The notes beneath the pieces are model-generated. The model did no database searches, was not told the origin of the DNA, and worked only from the letters and a program-made list of their open reading frames with translations. Position numbers and translations under genes: made by a program. DNA of 64,000 nt, taken from assembly GCF_052425735.1 (NCBI RefSeq), contig NC_135761.1, forward strand, positions 18,786,001-18,850,000. The letters run 5' to 3'. The DNA is from Oculina patagonica (taxonomy: Eukaryota). Positions 39,558 through 52,475 of the stretch are shown here, piece by piece (positions within the stretch are counted from its first letter, which is position 1; every line of letters begins with the position of its first letter).

Positions 39558-40565
39558 AAATGTATTTTCTACTGGTATGCAGTCAATACAGTTCATTAAC
39601 AGGTTTTTGGTTATTTATTTCGCTGTGTATGACACGCCGCTTGGGCGTGCCCCTTGGGTATCTCTGATTGGTTTGATAAGGTATTTATAGACTGTTCAGA
39701 GTTGTTCAGTCCTCTCGCTTTCGCATTCCATGCTGACATTGAAGTTGTAAATCCGAAGTTTTGAGTAATCCTATGGTTGCAGCAAGAGTCTTCAAATCCA
39801 GAGTTAGTTAATTAAGTGTCCTCCCTGTTCAAGAATTACCTGTCGTCCTAGTTCGGATAGTCAATTAGAATTCGGAGGAAAGTCGAAAATCGACATTGAA
39901 GCATTGTAGTTTAAATTCATAGTAATTATAAGCTGTTTGAGTTGAACGTTCGCTCAGCTAGAGATCAGCCTGGATAAACCGTCAGAAGTCTGCAAGCTGG
40001 TAACGGAAGGAGGACAGCTCACAACGACGCGGCAGAAGGCGATAAATCTCGCGGATAGAAGCAAAGACGAGTTGTTGGCTCTACATGTATACGAGTCGGA
40101 CGAGCTTGCTTGTCAGAAGATGCAAAGAGAATTGACTGTCAGCCGAAAAGAAGAAGGCGGATTCGGACGCTAATTTCGCAGTATTCTCAAGAGGTTCTAA
40201 CCAACTAGCAATTTAGCCTTCTCGCGGTAAGATCTTATATTTTTTACTTTGTGATGTCTCGCGTAGGTTGGATTGCCTGAGCATCCAACCATCATTCCCT
40301 TGGTGTGTATTTTTTGCAGTATTGAAGAAGAAAATAATTTACGTTCGTTTGAGCGTAGCGAATTAGAACGTAAATGTATTTTCTACTGGTATGCAGTCAA
40401 TACAGTTCATTAACAGGTTTTTGGTTATTTATTTCGCTGTGTATGACACGCCGCTTGGGCGTGCCCCTTGGGTATCTCTGATTGGTTTGATAAGGTATTT
40501 ATAGACTGTTCAGAGTTGTTCAGTCTTCTCGCTTTCGCATTCCATGCTGACATTGAAGTTGTAAA
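39558..40565 (+). repeat. 194-bp direct repeat pair (39558-39751, 40372-40565)
   Basis: aaatgtattttctactgg...gacattgaagttgtaaa; one mismatch seen. Confidence 0.92.
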
Positions 40566-40879
40566 CCAGCCCGCCCGCCCGCCCATTTCGTTTTTGTTAT
40601 CTTGTCTTATTGATTGCTTGTCAATTTTATACATGTTTTTTTGTCCGAACAGAATGTGTTGCAGGTGTTAATTTTTATTTCAAACGGCGGACAGTGGGCT
40701 AAGGACTGCAGGTTCGGAAACTTTTGCAGACTGCAGTAAAACTAAAGTAGTTGAACTTCCCATTAATTACTGGAGCAGCGCCGCTTCCACTAAGCCCGCC
40801 GGCATCAGGAGCACGCAATGATGGGGCATCGAAATGATATTGGTAATGTCGATCTGTTTGACGAATTGAATGAGGTAAC

Positions 40880-41776
40880 CAGGGGCGGATCTAGGATTTT
40901 TCAAAGGGGGGTGGCTGTTTACCAATATTTTTGTTTACTATATTGTTCAAGCCCCGTTTGTTTTTATGGGGGAGGGGGGGGGGGGTTCGGGCTTTCAGGC
41001 AGTGTTTTGAAAGTGGGAGTGCAGATGATGTTGGGTCTGAGGCCCACATGTAATAGAGTCGAAGGCTCCATTCCCCTAGGGGGGTCTGGGGGCATGCCCC
41101 CTCAGAAAATTTTGAAAAGTTGAAGCCTCTTAGACGTGATTTCCGCGATTCTGAGCAGCTTTGAACAGCTGTCAATTAAGTTATTAAACCACTGTTTTTC
41201 CTTGATAATTTGGCAAAATATTCTTTCTTTAACTTACCTCGAGTTATATTTTGGAGAAAAAGTCTTGTTCTTATGAAATGAACAGTGATTGAAATTTAAA
41301 CTTGACAGGCCAGGAACTTACAGGAAAGAACAGATATGCGTTTTTTTGCTCACCCACGTGCGTGAAATTTTTTAGCCCTTGGCAAAGTGGCCTAGGGACA
41401 ACTTAAGCGACTTTGCTTGCTTGTGAAATCGCTTCGATGCGAAAAAAACGATACGAAAACTCGTTAAAAAAAGATGTAAATGGAGAAAAAAATCATTCCA
41501 GCAAGGCTAAAACAATTCTTGAAAGTTTAAAGGAATCTAACTTTTTAAAATTATACACACATGTTTTGTTACATTAAGCCAGAAGTTCGTAAAACAGGCT
41601 GTCGAAAATCTCCTATTTTGGAAAAATGGCCTTTCTTAACTTTGTACGGCCGCCTGACTATGAAAGGTGGATGGACATTGTCCTTATTTTCTATTTTAAT
41701 ATGTTTATTTTCATTTTTCTGGTGGATCAAGGGGGGTGGCTAGCCACCCAATCCACCCCCCCTGGATCCGCCCCTG
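40880..41776. mobile_element. 897-bp non-autonomous TIR element nested in the DIRS-like element, 6-bp TSD
   Basis: TIR caggggcggatctagg / cctggatccgcccctg; GGTAAC at 40874-40879 and 41777-41782. Confidence 0.85.
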
Positions 41777-43675
41777 GGTAACACAAAAATCAGATATGAG
41801 CGTGAAGTTTCTACTAGACCAGGTGTGTTGCAAGTTATTAAAGGGCAGTCTGGGAAGAAATATTCATTTCTGTTATTTTTAGGCGTCTCAGAGATTATTG
41901 TATCAGTTGTTTTAGATGGTTTTCGTCTTCCTTTCAAGAAGATTCCCTCAGAAATTTTTCAAAAGCTATGTGTTATCTTTGCATCATTCTGTATTTGTAG
42001 ATAAGCTATTTAGTGCCTTTACATTTTACCGGGTTGGCAGAAGTTAAGGCTCCTTCTTATATGGTTTACCCTTTAGTGTTTCGAATTAACCCTATGGAAG
42101 AAGAGATAAACATTTTTATGAACAAGGATTTAGTGCGTAAACGGGAATATCACTTTGCCCTATTCTATAAGGGAGTATTTATGGTTTTGTTTGGTCTAAG
42201 TGGCTATTACCTATCACCTATATTCACACCCTGATCATCGTACATTTATATTGTTAGGTTTTCGCTTGCTTTTCGTTAGGTGACGCTTAGTTTAGGTGTT
42301 TTTCTGTTTACTGTATTTCCATTTGGGTTGGATCTTTATTCCATGCCTCAAGTCGCTCGAACTGAATATTGAAGGATTTTAAGGGGGTCAACATTGTTCT
42401 ATTCCTGGACGAGGAGAAGTTGATCCATATTGATTATTACTCTTGTGCAGTCTTAGATCCAGTTTACGGAAGTTCAGATTTATTTTTTAGCTATGGCGGG
42501 AAGTTTTAGTGGACCCTTGTTAATTTTCGAATGGTATAGTACAGAACACTATCTATAGAACAATTCCTATTTCGGATAGACGGTTATTTTTACTTTGCAT
42601 TTCTGTATGTCTTCATAATTGTTTCAGAAAAAAAAAGTTTATGGGGAATTGTTTAGCCTGGCTTGGGGGAAATTTGTTTCCATTGGTGTAGTATTTGAGG
42701 ACATTTCCCGAATTATGACCAGTTATTACAACAAGGACATTGAGGCTGCGCAGGATTACGATTTCACTAGACGTTTACTTTGGCCCAATTTATTCTCTAA
42801 GAAAACATGTTGAGTATTGAAGTGGACTGGACAGGATGAAATTGAAAAGTCATTATGGATTGGCCCGTCTTATTGTATTGTTAGCTCAGATGCTAGTGCC
42901 ACAAAATGTGGCGTCCATTTAGGTAACAGTGAACAAGTGCGCCATAATGATAACTGGGTGCATGTATACACGTTTGTGGTATGACTTGTCTGGAAAAGTT
43001 TTTGTCATTTCAGCAAGGCTCTTATGTTAAGTTGGTTTTAGATAGTTGTTCGTTTGCAGAGTATTACATTCGAGTAGCACGAAGTTGAAGTTTACATGTT
43101 ATATAGCCCAAAATTTTCAGCTCCTATTGACAGCGGTGTCAAATTGTATGCTATGGTTTCCCGTACGGAGCTCGTTGTGAGGATTATAAAGTCGCATTAT
43201 TTACATGTATACATAAATGGTTGACTAATTACAACTCATCATGTTTTCAAGCATTGAATATGGGTGGGAATCCCATATAGTGGTCTACTTTGTCAGTTTG
43301 GCAACAACTAGGTATGTTTTCACTTTAGTTTTTGAAATCCATGCAGGACTTACGGAGTGGATTTATTAATTCACTAGGTATTCACTGCTCGTATACATGC
43401 ATGCAAGGCCATTGCCACATTTATCGTACTGTTCTGGACCTCGTCTCGTTTTTTCCTAAACTTTCAGAATAATTGCTCGTTTTGCAATAGATGGCAAGCT
43501 GTTTATAGTCTTTATAGCAAGAGTGTACTGGAACATCGGCGAAATACTGTTTTACTTCGAGCAGATTCTTTCATTTCAACATTGGTAGCTGTTTGTATAA
43601 AGTTTTCGCTGATTACAAGACCGCTGGGGCAGTTTCTATTTATGTTTGGTTAATATTTGATTGACGTTATCAGCA

Positions 43676-43841
43676 AGGAGGCGCTGGCCTGACTTTGGGA
43701 CGCTTGTCCATTCACTCGTCAGAAGGAGGCGCTGGCCTGTTTTTGGGACGCTTGTCCATTCACTCATCAGGAGGAGGCGCTGGCCTCATTTTGAGTCACT
43801 TGTCTGTTCACCTTTCAGAAAGGAGGCGCTGGCCTGATTTT
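43676..43841. repeat. 48-bp minisatellite, about 3.5 units
   Basis: aggaggcgctggcct recurs at 43676, 43724, 43772 and 43821. Confidence 0.88.
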
Positions 43842-44063
43842 GCAGAGCAATTTGTCTGCATTCAGCTTATGTTAATTTATTTCAGTTTATGTGCTCGCTC
43901 GCTTCCATGTAGGTTTATATGGATACAAATGCCTGTCACTTCTCTTTTTTCTTCATTATAGATGTTAACTATTCAAGGTTATCAGAGGAGCCCCCAGCTA
44001 GCAAGAAACCAAGCACGAAGGACGTCCTGAAGTTGTTTATGAAGGTTACTTCACAGCAAAAAG

Positions 44064-44097
<34 letters not shown>

Positions 44098-44949
44098 GTC
44101 AAGTTCTTTATAAGATGCGGTATCTTGTCCTCATACTGTCTCAGTTTCAGTTGTATCGCTTTACAAGCCGCATGCGCATCTTACGTAGTTTCAAGTCTTA
44201 TGCAGCTTTTATTTTGATTCATGTCCGCATTATCATTAATCATTTGGCCGGATAGCTCAATTTGAAATAGTTTTTTAACAGCGGTTCAGCATTTGTTAGG
44301 GTGTTTATCTCTGCTAATAAAATCATCGATAAGTATGCTGCTCCATCAACAAGCCTGAAGGACTTGCGCTTAGCTTGCATATGTTTGTTAGGTAGCGAAA
44401 GATTCTTCGAAATGATGTATTGAATAGTTTGTTAACTTAAGCTTAGCTTTTGGCATTTTGGCTGTTCATTCTAGTTATTTGTTCCTTACGTACATGTGGA
44501 AATCTACTGATGTTTACAGTGAAGGGACTAATGTTTAAATTAAGAGGTTATGTAACTATATTATCTCGTCTCAACAACAGCTTAACATTATTGGATCAAT
44601 AAGTTTTTTGTGGTTTTTCAATACCGTCTAGCAGAATGGTACCAAGCTGTTATGCGCAAGATGTAGGGAGCTATTGAAGAACTGTAAAGGATCTTGCTCT
44701 GAGTATTTCATTGTCATTGATAGCATAAGCTCGAAGAAGCTACATCCGTGGTTAGAAGTAGCGCCAATTTATCACAACGATTACTTTTATTACATTGTAC
44801 ATATAATTATTTTGAAATAACTGCTCACCTTATCCTAACTGATTTAATAAGTATTTTGGTACTTCTATTTTTTCTGGTAGGCGTCAACATTAGCTCTAAA
44901 CGTTCCTTTTTCACTGTATGAAATGATCAATAAATGTCAATAAATGAAT

Positions 44950-47900
44950 ATGCTATCGATATTTTCAACTCACCATGAAATTTAAATGTTGCGAAAAGTT
45001 TGAAACTACTTTGGATGTCATGAACACTCATAAGAACAATTCATTGTAACAACATCAGACAATTGTATAAATTGCAAAATTGTGCTTGAAATAAAAATGT
45101 CTCTGTCCGTTTTCACTGACATCATTCAGTTTGTTAATTTGGTTATAAGTGACTCGTTTTTTCTTTACAAAGACTGTCACCATACAGTCATTAAAATGCA
45201 ATTTCAATTTACGGCATATGGACAGTTAAGCTTGTTAATGATTCTTCATTAAACACGATTAATACAATAAATACAAGAAAGAAGGAATTTTGCGGGACTT
45301 TACTGAGTCTAATGACTTGTTTATTTCAAGAGAAAATGACTGAGAAAATAACGTATCTTTTTGAAGCAAAGTTATTGCGCATTTGGATCGCACGATGTTT
45401 CGCAAGTTGATGCTTCGGTATTGAAATTCGGTAAACATGCTTTAAGTTTAGTTTCCAAAAATGCGCTCAAGCAGAACAATATATAAAGAAGGCACATTTA
45501 AAACAGTCACTAACCTCTCTTGCAAACTTGCGTGTCTGGAAATCTGCAGACAATAATCTTTATACTGGAGAGAAAGGAGAGAGAAATGTTAGATTTAACA
45601 TTAAATCAAGCAAAGAAGCAGAGAAAATCAAAGTTGTGGCTTACACAGTCAGCCAAGAAGCTCTTGTCTTGTCGCTTTTAGAACAGGAGTAGAATTGATC
45701 CCGATAAAACAAGTTTGTGAAATACAAACAACTTTGTTTAGACTAAAAGTTGCATTCTTACAAGGAATTTTATTCGCTGGAACAAACTTTTTATTAGCAG
45801 ATGGGAACGAAATGGTCTTTCATTTGTAAGTTATAATTACCAAATATTGATTGCATAAGATAATGATTTCGATGAATATTTTTTCTCTAGCGCTTTGTTT
45901 TCAAAGTTAAAGTTGATACAATTTTTAAAAAAATAAAACCAAAACAGAATTTTGTATTTCCCCCTTCAATTTCCCATGCACAACGTATTGCTAGACACCT
46001 CAACTATATTGTAAAGTAGCAGCTCTAACAAAGACGTCCTTTTTTACGCTTCTGAACTACTTGGTCATTCCTTTGTCATAATAATGTCTGAACGCGATGA
46101 ACATTTCCAAAATGAAAGTTGCCGCTTTTTCCAATAAAAAAAAATAGAAGTTTCACGCGGTTAATAGGTACTGATGAATGTGTCCGCACCAGACACGCCA
46201 GGATTTCGAAATCGACGCTCGCTGTTACAAAATATTAATTGAAGTTTGTTGGTTTCGTTGAGAGAGACTCTTTTTTACTTAAATCATTTTTCAATGCGTC
46301 GCCCAGATAATGCTGTCAGTGTCCGTTTAAGATGTGAAAGTTCGGACGCAGTCTCGGTGATAGCACGAATTGTGATTCGCCATATATAGCTCCCCCCTCC
46401 ACCTCCCGCTCCACACTGCAAACCAACAACTATACGGTACGTAAAATAGCACGAAAGATGACATTTAAAACTTGTTGGCAATCGTGTAGACGATGCAGCT
46501 GATCGCAGAATGTTTCACAAATTTACGGTCCAGAACTACCTTGACAAAATCGAAAAATTTGTATTAAACTGTTAATGCCGGCCAGACTTCTTTTTAAAAC
46601 ACTCTACCGTGACAGTATAAAAGCACAGATTTTTAAAATATGCAATCACTTACCTTTCTAGTAGAATTGTGTCTCTCCGAATCTGTAAGTGACAACTAGG
46701 CTGTAGAAGAAGAGAGAGAACTGTATGTTACATTTCAGAACTGTTATTGAAAAAGGAAGACTGACGCGAAAGTAAAAAAAATAAAACTTAGCGGTAACTT
46801 ACACCACAATGTACGTCGTCAGCAAAGTCCCTTTTTGCGTCCATGCTTTTTAGCCCTCCAGTCGGCAAATGGAATGATTCTGGACATAACGCGTTTGCAA
46901 ATTAATTTCGCAACTATATTTTGAGGGACGTTTTCTGTATAATATTCTCACAGGCATTGTTGTTCGACAGAAATCAATTCTATCATTCGCATGGTTACAA
47001 AATACTTTTCTCAAATGATGCAAGTTTGACAAATAATTATAACCTTTAACATATATACATCCAGTAACTGTATTTATTACGCTTAAACAGCAAGAAATTA
47101 GTGTTTACCTCTTAATTCTCAGCATTCTGTCTCAGAGCTTGCCGGAGTAATGACGTTCCCTCATGTTTTAAAGAATTTCACACCGTTGGGCTTGCTGATT
47201 GTATCGATCGTTAAAAAAGAAATTTAAAAGAAATTTAATAGCCGGATTAAAGACATAGCTGTAGCTATAAGTTAAAATCTGTTTACGTGGCGGCCAGACA
47301 GTCTTCATGCAAATCAAACTTCCCAAAGCGGGTAGCGAAAAGAGTAAAAAATCTTGCAGCTATTTAACTCTCATTAAATGGTTATTTTCGTTGACTTTTG
47401 TCGAACGAAAAGCGCCGGTTACTTGAACGCTCCAATAAGTACTTGTCCCAAACCCTCGAGTGTTTCAATGTAAATATTTGTCATTTATATTTTTATAAGT
47501 GAATTGTTTGATGGTGAATATTTGAGTTCCGGGTGATTGCGTTTGTTTGACAGGACATTTGAATATCGCAAATAGAATGTGATTTATTATAATTAACACT
47601 TCGGGCTATAACCATGCACTCGATATAATTAACGCTTCCTGTTTCTGCCAAGGCGGATTTACGAATCATCGTAGTGTTCGAGATAAACCGCCCATATAAC
47701 ACAGCATATATAGTAGTAGTATAACTTTTTTTGGATTTTTATTTGGAGGATAAGAAACGAAAGCTAGAATGGATCATAATTACATAATCACGATCTCACT
47801 GTCTCGTCAAGCAATATAGCTAAACAAACAGGAAAAGATTACCATACACGCAGACGTTTGCGTGACACGCGTGACTCTCAGTCTCTCGCGCGCGTTCATT

Positions 47901-49850
47901 GAAGAACCGTGAGCGGTTCGACCACGAGTTCGACATTTAAGATTGACTAATGACCTTTTAGTTCACTGCCGCTTAGATGTGATGCCATCAGGAGCGATAT
48001 AGTGTTTATGGGAATTAAAAGTCGGTAGTCTCCTTGGAATCAGAGATGGGAAATTTTCAACGTATATTTCCTTACTAACTGAATTTGAAGTTTTCCATGA
48101 TCACAGTTGCTCGCGCGCTTTCGACGAAGAGATACAGAAGGTATGTGAACTGACTAGGCAGTGGGGGTGGGGGTAGGGGTGGCTGAAAATGCGACTGCAT
48201 GTTTCCTAACGTAAACATATCTAAACTCTTAAAAATTATTGAGTAAATCTCTTTTATTCGACTTCACAGACCGAATATTACAGAAAAAAAAGAAAGACAG
48301 CTGAATTCGGGCTTCCTTATTTCCCAGTAGTTAACGTGCAGTGAGTGAGAAATAAGGAATTGTCGTGATATGGCGTGGCACATATTTTAAGTACGTTCTA
48401 ATTAAAATGAGTGTAGTTAATACACAGAGCTGTCAGCTGCCTCGAATACCTAGAGTTGGAGGGTAGCGCATTAGCACAGACGTTCTCTTAAACTCGGAGT
48501 TCCAGAAAAGTAAAATTCAGTGAAGTAAATATTTTCTGTCCTGAAAATCCGAAAATCGTACTTTTTGAAAACTGAAGTGTTTGCTATAGGGTGAATTTAA
48601 AACATAAATGAAGAAAAAAAGGTTTCGCAATTGTAGAAAAATTTGCCGTAAAATCCGCTTATTGCTTGTGTTGTCTGCATGTGTTCTTTTAGAACATTGA
48701 AAAATCTTTCCATTTGAATGCTTTTGTTCTGATTCCCTGAGAATAAATTTGGCGCAAAGCTCTAAAAAGCTTAGCAAAACGAAACTTTCGTGATATGGGG
48801 CGTTAAGGCGTTAACGTTTGCAGTTCAATTAGGTTAGCGCTGATACGCATCTGCAACAAAGCTTTTTACCCAGAAACTGTTATCTGTGTTATGGCAAACT
48901 GTTCGCGTCTACGTTTGTTATTAATGTTTGTGCGTATTGAGTTTGTTCCAATTATCTTAGGCCGACGGATTAGAAAAGCTCGCTATTTAGTTAATTTTTC
49001 AGTGTCCATTTGACTACCCGGCATTACTAATCCTTTTTAGAACGATTTTAGGGCCAACAACAACAACAACAAAACTGTTATCAATTCAGATGTCAGAAGG
49101 GAAGGCAAAATTAGTTCTTCAAGAAAGGAAAATTGGAAGCACCGCACCATGACTTTCAGGAAAATTAAAAGAATAAAATGTTAACCAAAATTGGAAAAGA
49201 ATTTCGTGGTAACTGGGGCGAAATTGAAGAAGTACAGTTGGCCGGGTGTTTACAGATATGTGTGTTCAAGAAAATCATGAGTGAAATATCATTTTTTTTA
49301 TTTTGTTGTGCAACAGAAGGCAGAAAAAAAAAATCCAAAAAAACAGTGGCAACAGAGTAAAACTGAGGCTGCCTTTTTGATACACGGAGTTTTAGCTTGA
49401 GCTCGGATGTCTCAGAGGTAACAGTTTCTTTAGAAACTAATAATTTTGTCTTTGGTACTGGCATTTCTCGCTTGGTCCTCATAGTTTTACGTGATTTGTG
49501 GAATCTTGTATTATCGTTATTTTTTTTTTTTACTTTTTTTCTTCTTTAGCTTCTTCTATTAAACTATACTTGCAGCTTGTGCCTTTACGAATTTCCCAAA
49601 TTTTGTACCTGTTGTAATTTTTGAAGTCTTCTGTGACATGCACTGTGGAAATCACTTACAGTTTCAATGCGCTTTCAAAAATTTTAAAACTTTCAAACTT
49701 TATCCCGTTATTTTCACAAGCCAGTAACAACATTTGGTATATTTAGTAATTTTCGCGTAGCTGCGTTTAATCCTGCAAATATGTCATAAGGAGAGTTCCG
49801 CAACTGAATGGCATCAAAAAGCAGACACATTTCCATTAATCTTCCTGCCT
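44950..49850. repeat. Segmental duplication: spacer between A 5' end and B 3' end, copy 2 (its first 300 bp lie at 39225-39525, split off by the DIRS-like insertion)
   Basis: Colinear with 13490-18960; lacks the three small insertions at 15781, 17363 and 17505. Confidence 0.9.
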
Positions 49851-49987
49851 TTTATTTATAACAGCAAACGAGAAATCTTTACAAAGCACACCCAATAATC
49901 AAACGAATCGCTTGTTAAATAATTTAGCGAATTGATCACAGTCCCATTATAAGCGTTTATGCAGGAATGGATGATTTGTCTCGAGAT

Positions 49988-51594
49988 CTAAGCCTGAGGT
50001 TTGGGAACTTCTTCAACATAGATCCGGGACACTGAGTTCCAGCCTGTGTAGCCGTCAGCGTTTCCGTAACGGGGACAATTACCGATCCGGAATCCCACGC
50101 GCACCTTGCCTTTCTTGATGTTGTTACAGTGACCCTCAATATGGCGGACACGGTGAGGATCTTGAGATTTTGCACCCCCCAAGTACACAACACCGTCAAT
50201 TGGCAGGGGAGCTGCACATTCAGCACCATTGAAAGTAAAATACCAGCGTTTGCAGCACCCGGTACAGCCTTGGACTCTAAGGACACCAGTCCAGTAAACA
50301 TGGAGGGATGTGTCAGAGAAGTTCTTGGTGAACACACAGTCCTGTGCAAAAATATTGATTGATTGATTTAGTAGTAGTTTTTGTTTTTGTTCATGTTTAT
50401 AATTATCGTGTTATTTCCATGCAGTTTTGAAGTTGCTTCCAGACATGATAATGCTGTTATATGACTTATATGGTATAGCATAAAAATTTATGTTCCATAA
50501 AATCTTACCTTGATCAGACCGTTGTCTCTGCCGTCATTCAAGTTTTTCCATGCACACTCTTTCCAGTTCTTATAAGACATCGCACCAGGAGTCCCAGGGA
50601 TTCCACTCGTTCCACTCTCTCCACGCTGCCCCTTTTGGCCGGGAGGACCCTGAACTCCAGGTTCTCCTTTTGCACCATCCGTCGCGTTAACACCAGGACT
50701 TCCTTTAGGACCCGGAGGTCCCTGGGGTCCAGTCCTCCCTCGGTTACCTCTGTCACCTTTGGCTCCTTCACGGCCATCGCGGCCATCACGGCCTGGTGCC
50801 CCAGGAGACCCAGGTTTGCCGTGCATACCAGGGATACCACCATAACAGCTGGTTTGCTGCTTGGAATAAGAAAGAATTGTGAGATCCATTGGCCTAGACA
50901 ACTGATTTTTTCATGAACGTATTTGCAAATGCTGTGTCATTTTTATACCTGCTTTATACTTTGGCGCCTGATATATATTTCCTTAGAGTGTTTTGTATTT
51001 TTTTTTTTATCAGCTGACAATTTTAATGAGAAGTTCAACAAAGAAATTCCTTTATACACCTTTGTTACAAAGAAATACCGAACGTTTTCTTTGGGCGAAA
51101 TGAATTCACTCACGTAAATAGTTATCATGGAAGACCGGAATTTTGTTGTTTGATTCAATTCTTTTTAGACACAACAACGTTCTTTTTTCCATCCCTTTTC
51201 GTGGCGTAAATGCTGTTAAAAACAACTTGTTTTTGTTCCCAATGTTTCTACAGAAAGTATATATCTCGATGATTTCGCATGTTCTAATAGCTCAATTCGT
51301 TCGTTTCGTATTAACTCCTTCTACAACATTTCTTTAATAAAAATAATACTTATGGGGAAGGGGGAGGGGGGGGGGGGAGGGAGGGAAAGGAGGTGGTGAT
51401 TCGTCACCGCCCCTTGCACAGAAGGTTATTGTTTTTACTCTTGTCAGAAATTATCGTTTGCAATAATTGTCACTTACCATTTTGTAGGATGGTTGATTGG
51501 TTTTGTTATTTGCTGTGGCGCAGTAAACCAACAATGACATCGCAAACAGAGACAATAAGGAGATCACAGAGACTTTATGCGAAGTGAAAGCCAT
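49988..51594 (-). CDS. Cthrc1: Cthrc1-like secreted short-chain collagen, copy B2, intact, about 272 aa. Exons 51594-51478, 50856(or 50859)-50509, 50341-49988
   Basis: Exon 1 [39 protein letters not shown]|gtaagt; 29 triplets with one Gly-to-Ala interruption (GVN-ATD); NWKECAW; C-terminal domain ends EEVPKPQA*. Exon lengths 117/348/354 nt. Confidence 0.93.
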
Positions 51595-52475
51595 TTCTTC
51601 TGAAGTCACGATCTGCTGCAGGAAAAGTTAGCAGAGACAATATCACTACAAATGTCGCAATTTTTTGACGTATCGATATCATGGAGTAAGTCCATAATGC
51701 CAATTTGGCTTATAAAAGCATTAAAATTCCGTGTTTTGATTAAATGTTCAAATGTAGGATTTCGATGAAACTTGTACATTGAGACAAAGCCTAAAAGGAG
51801 GACTTTTGAAATCTCGCGGGAAGCTGATTTTTAAACTAAGCCGATAAAAATGGGAATATACAAAAGTATATCAATTCAAACTTTCCCTCTAGCAGGATTA
51901 TTGCTTTTTCAGTACTGGCTTGTTTGATGTGAACTAATATTGGGTACAAATTTGTTTTTTCTTTCAAAGAACGAGCGAAAGTTTTTCTGCATGATTCTAA
52001 TTTTCTTAATTTTTGGGCAGATCTTCACACTCGTAGAAGAACCCAATGTTACTTATTATTAAAGAAATTAATAAAACTGTTCAAAACATAGAGCATTTTT
52101 TACAGTCTTATGATTTTTGCTTTTATCTGGAATGAAATCGATCTTTTTTTCTAGGAAGTGAAAATGTTGCTATAAAATTGATACGCGAAACTTTCGATGT
52201 GAAAAGGTTGAATTTTGTAGCCTGAACAGGCGTCTGAATTCAATTTTTCACTGGCGATAGATATTGGGATAACCGTTTAGTAAGTACGAGCAGAAAATAC
52301 AGAGAAAATGGTCATACCTCAAAGCTCGAAGGTTCGCTTTTCTGTTCCAAGTACCTGTTGAACAACTCACTGTAAAGGAATGATAAGTAAGCTACGTGTA
52401 CAACTGAGTTTTCAACCTTTCTGTTGACTTTGGTTCGTGTTCGGACCAGTTTGTTGTTGACTTTTAGTCGAACTG

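Larger units (their letters stand above)
39558..44950 (+). mobile_element. Heavily decayed tyrosine-recombinase retroelement (DIRS/Ngaro-like)
   Basis: Remnant motifs in order: gag-like RQKAINLADRSKD...YESDELA..SEDAKRI (about 40030-40135), RT FLFTVFPFGL (42301-42330) and IVLFLDE (about 42392), RNase H SDASATKCG (about 42886), YR-like KDLRLACICLLG (about 44358) and KS-TDVYSEG (about 44500). 194-bp direct repeats. The whole block is absent from the paralogous spacer near 13460-13495. Confidence 0.7.

Noticed and set aside
43676-43841. Regularly spaced repeat that could be taken for a CRISPR array
   Set aside because: The intervening sequences are similar to each other (minisatellite), there are no cas genes and the context is eukaryotic.
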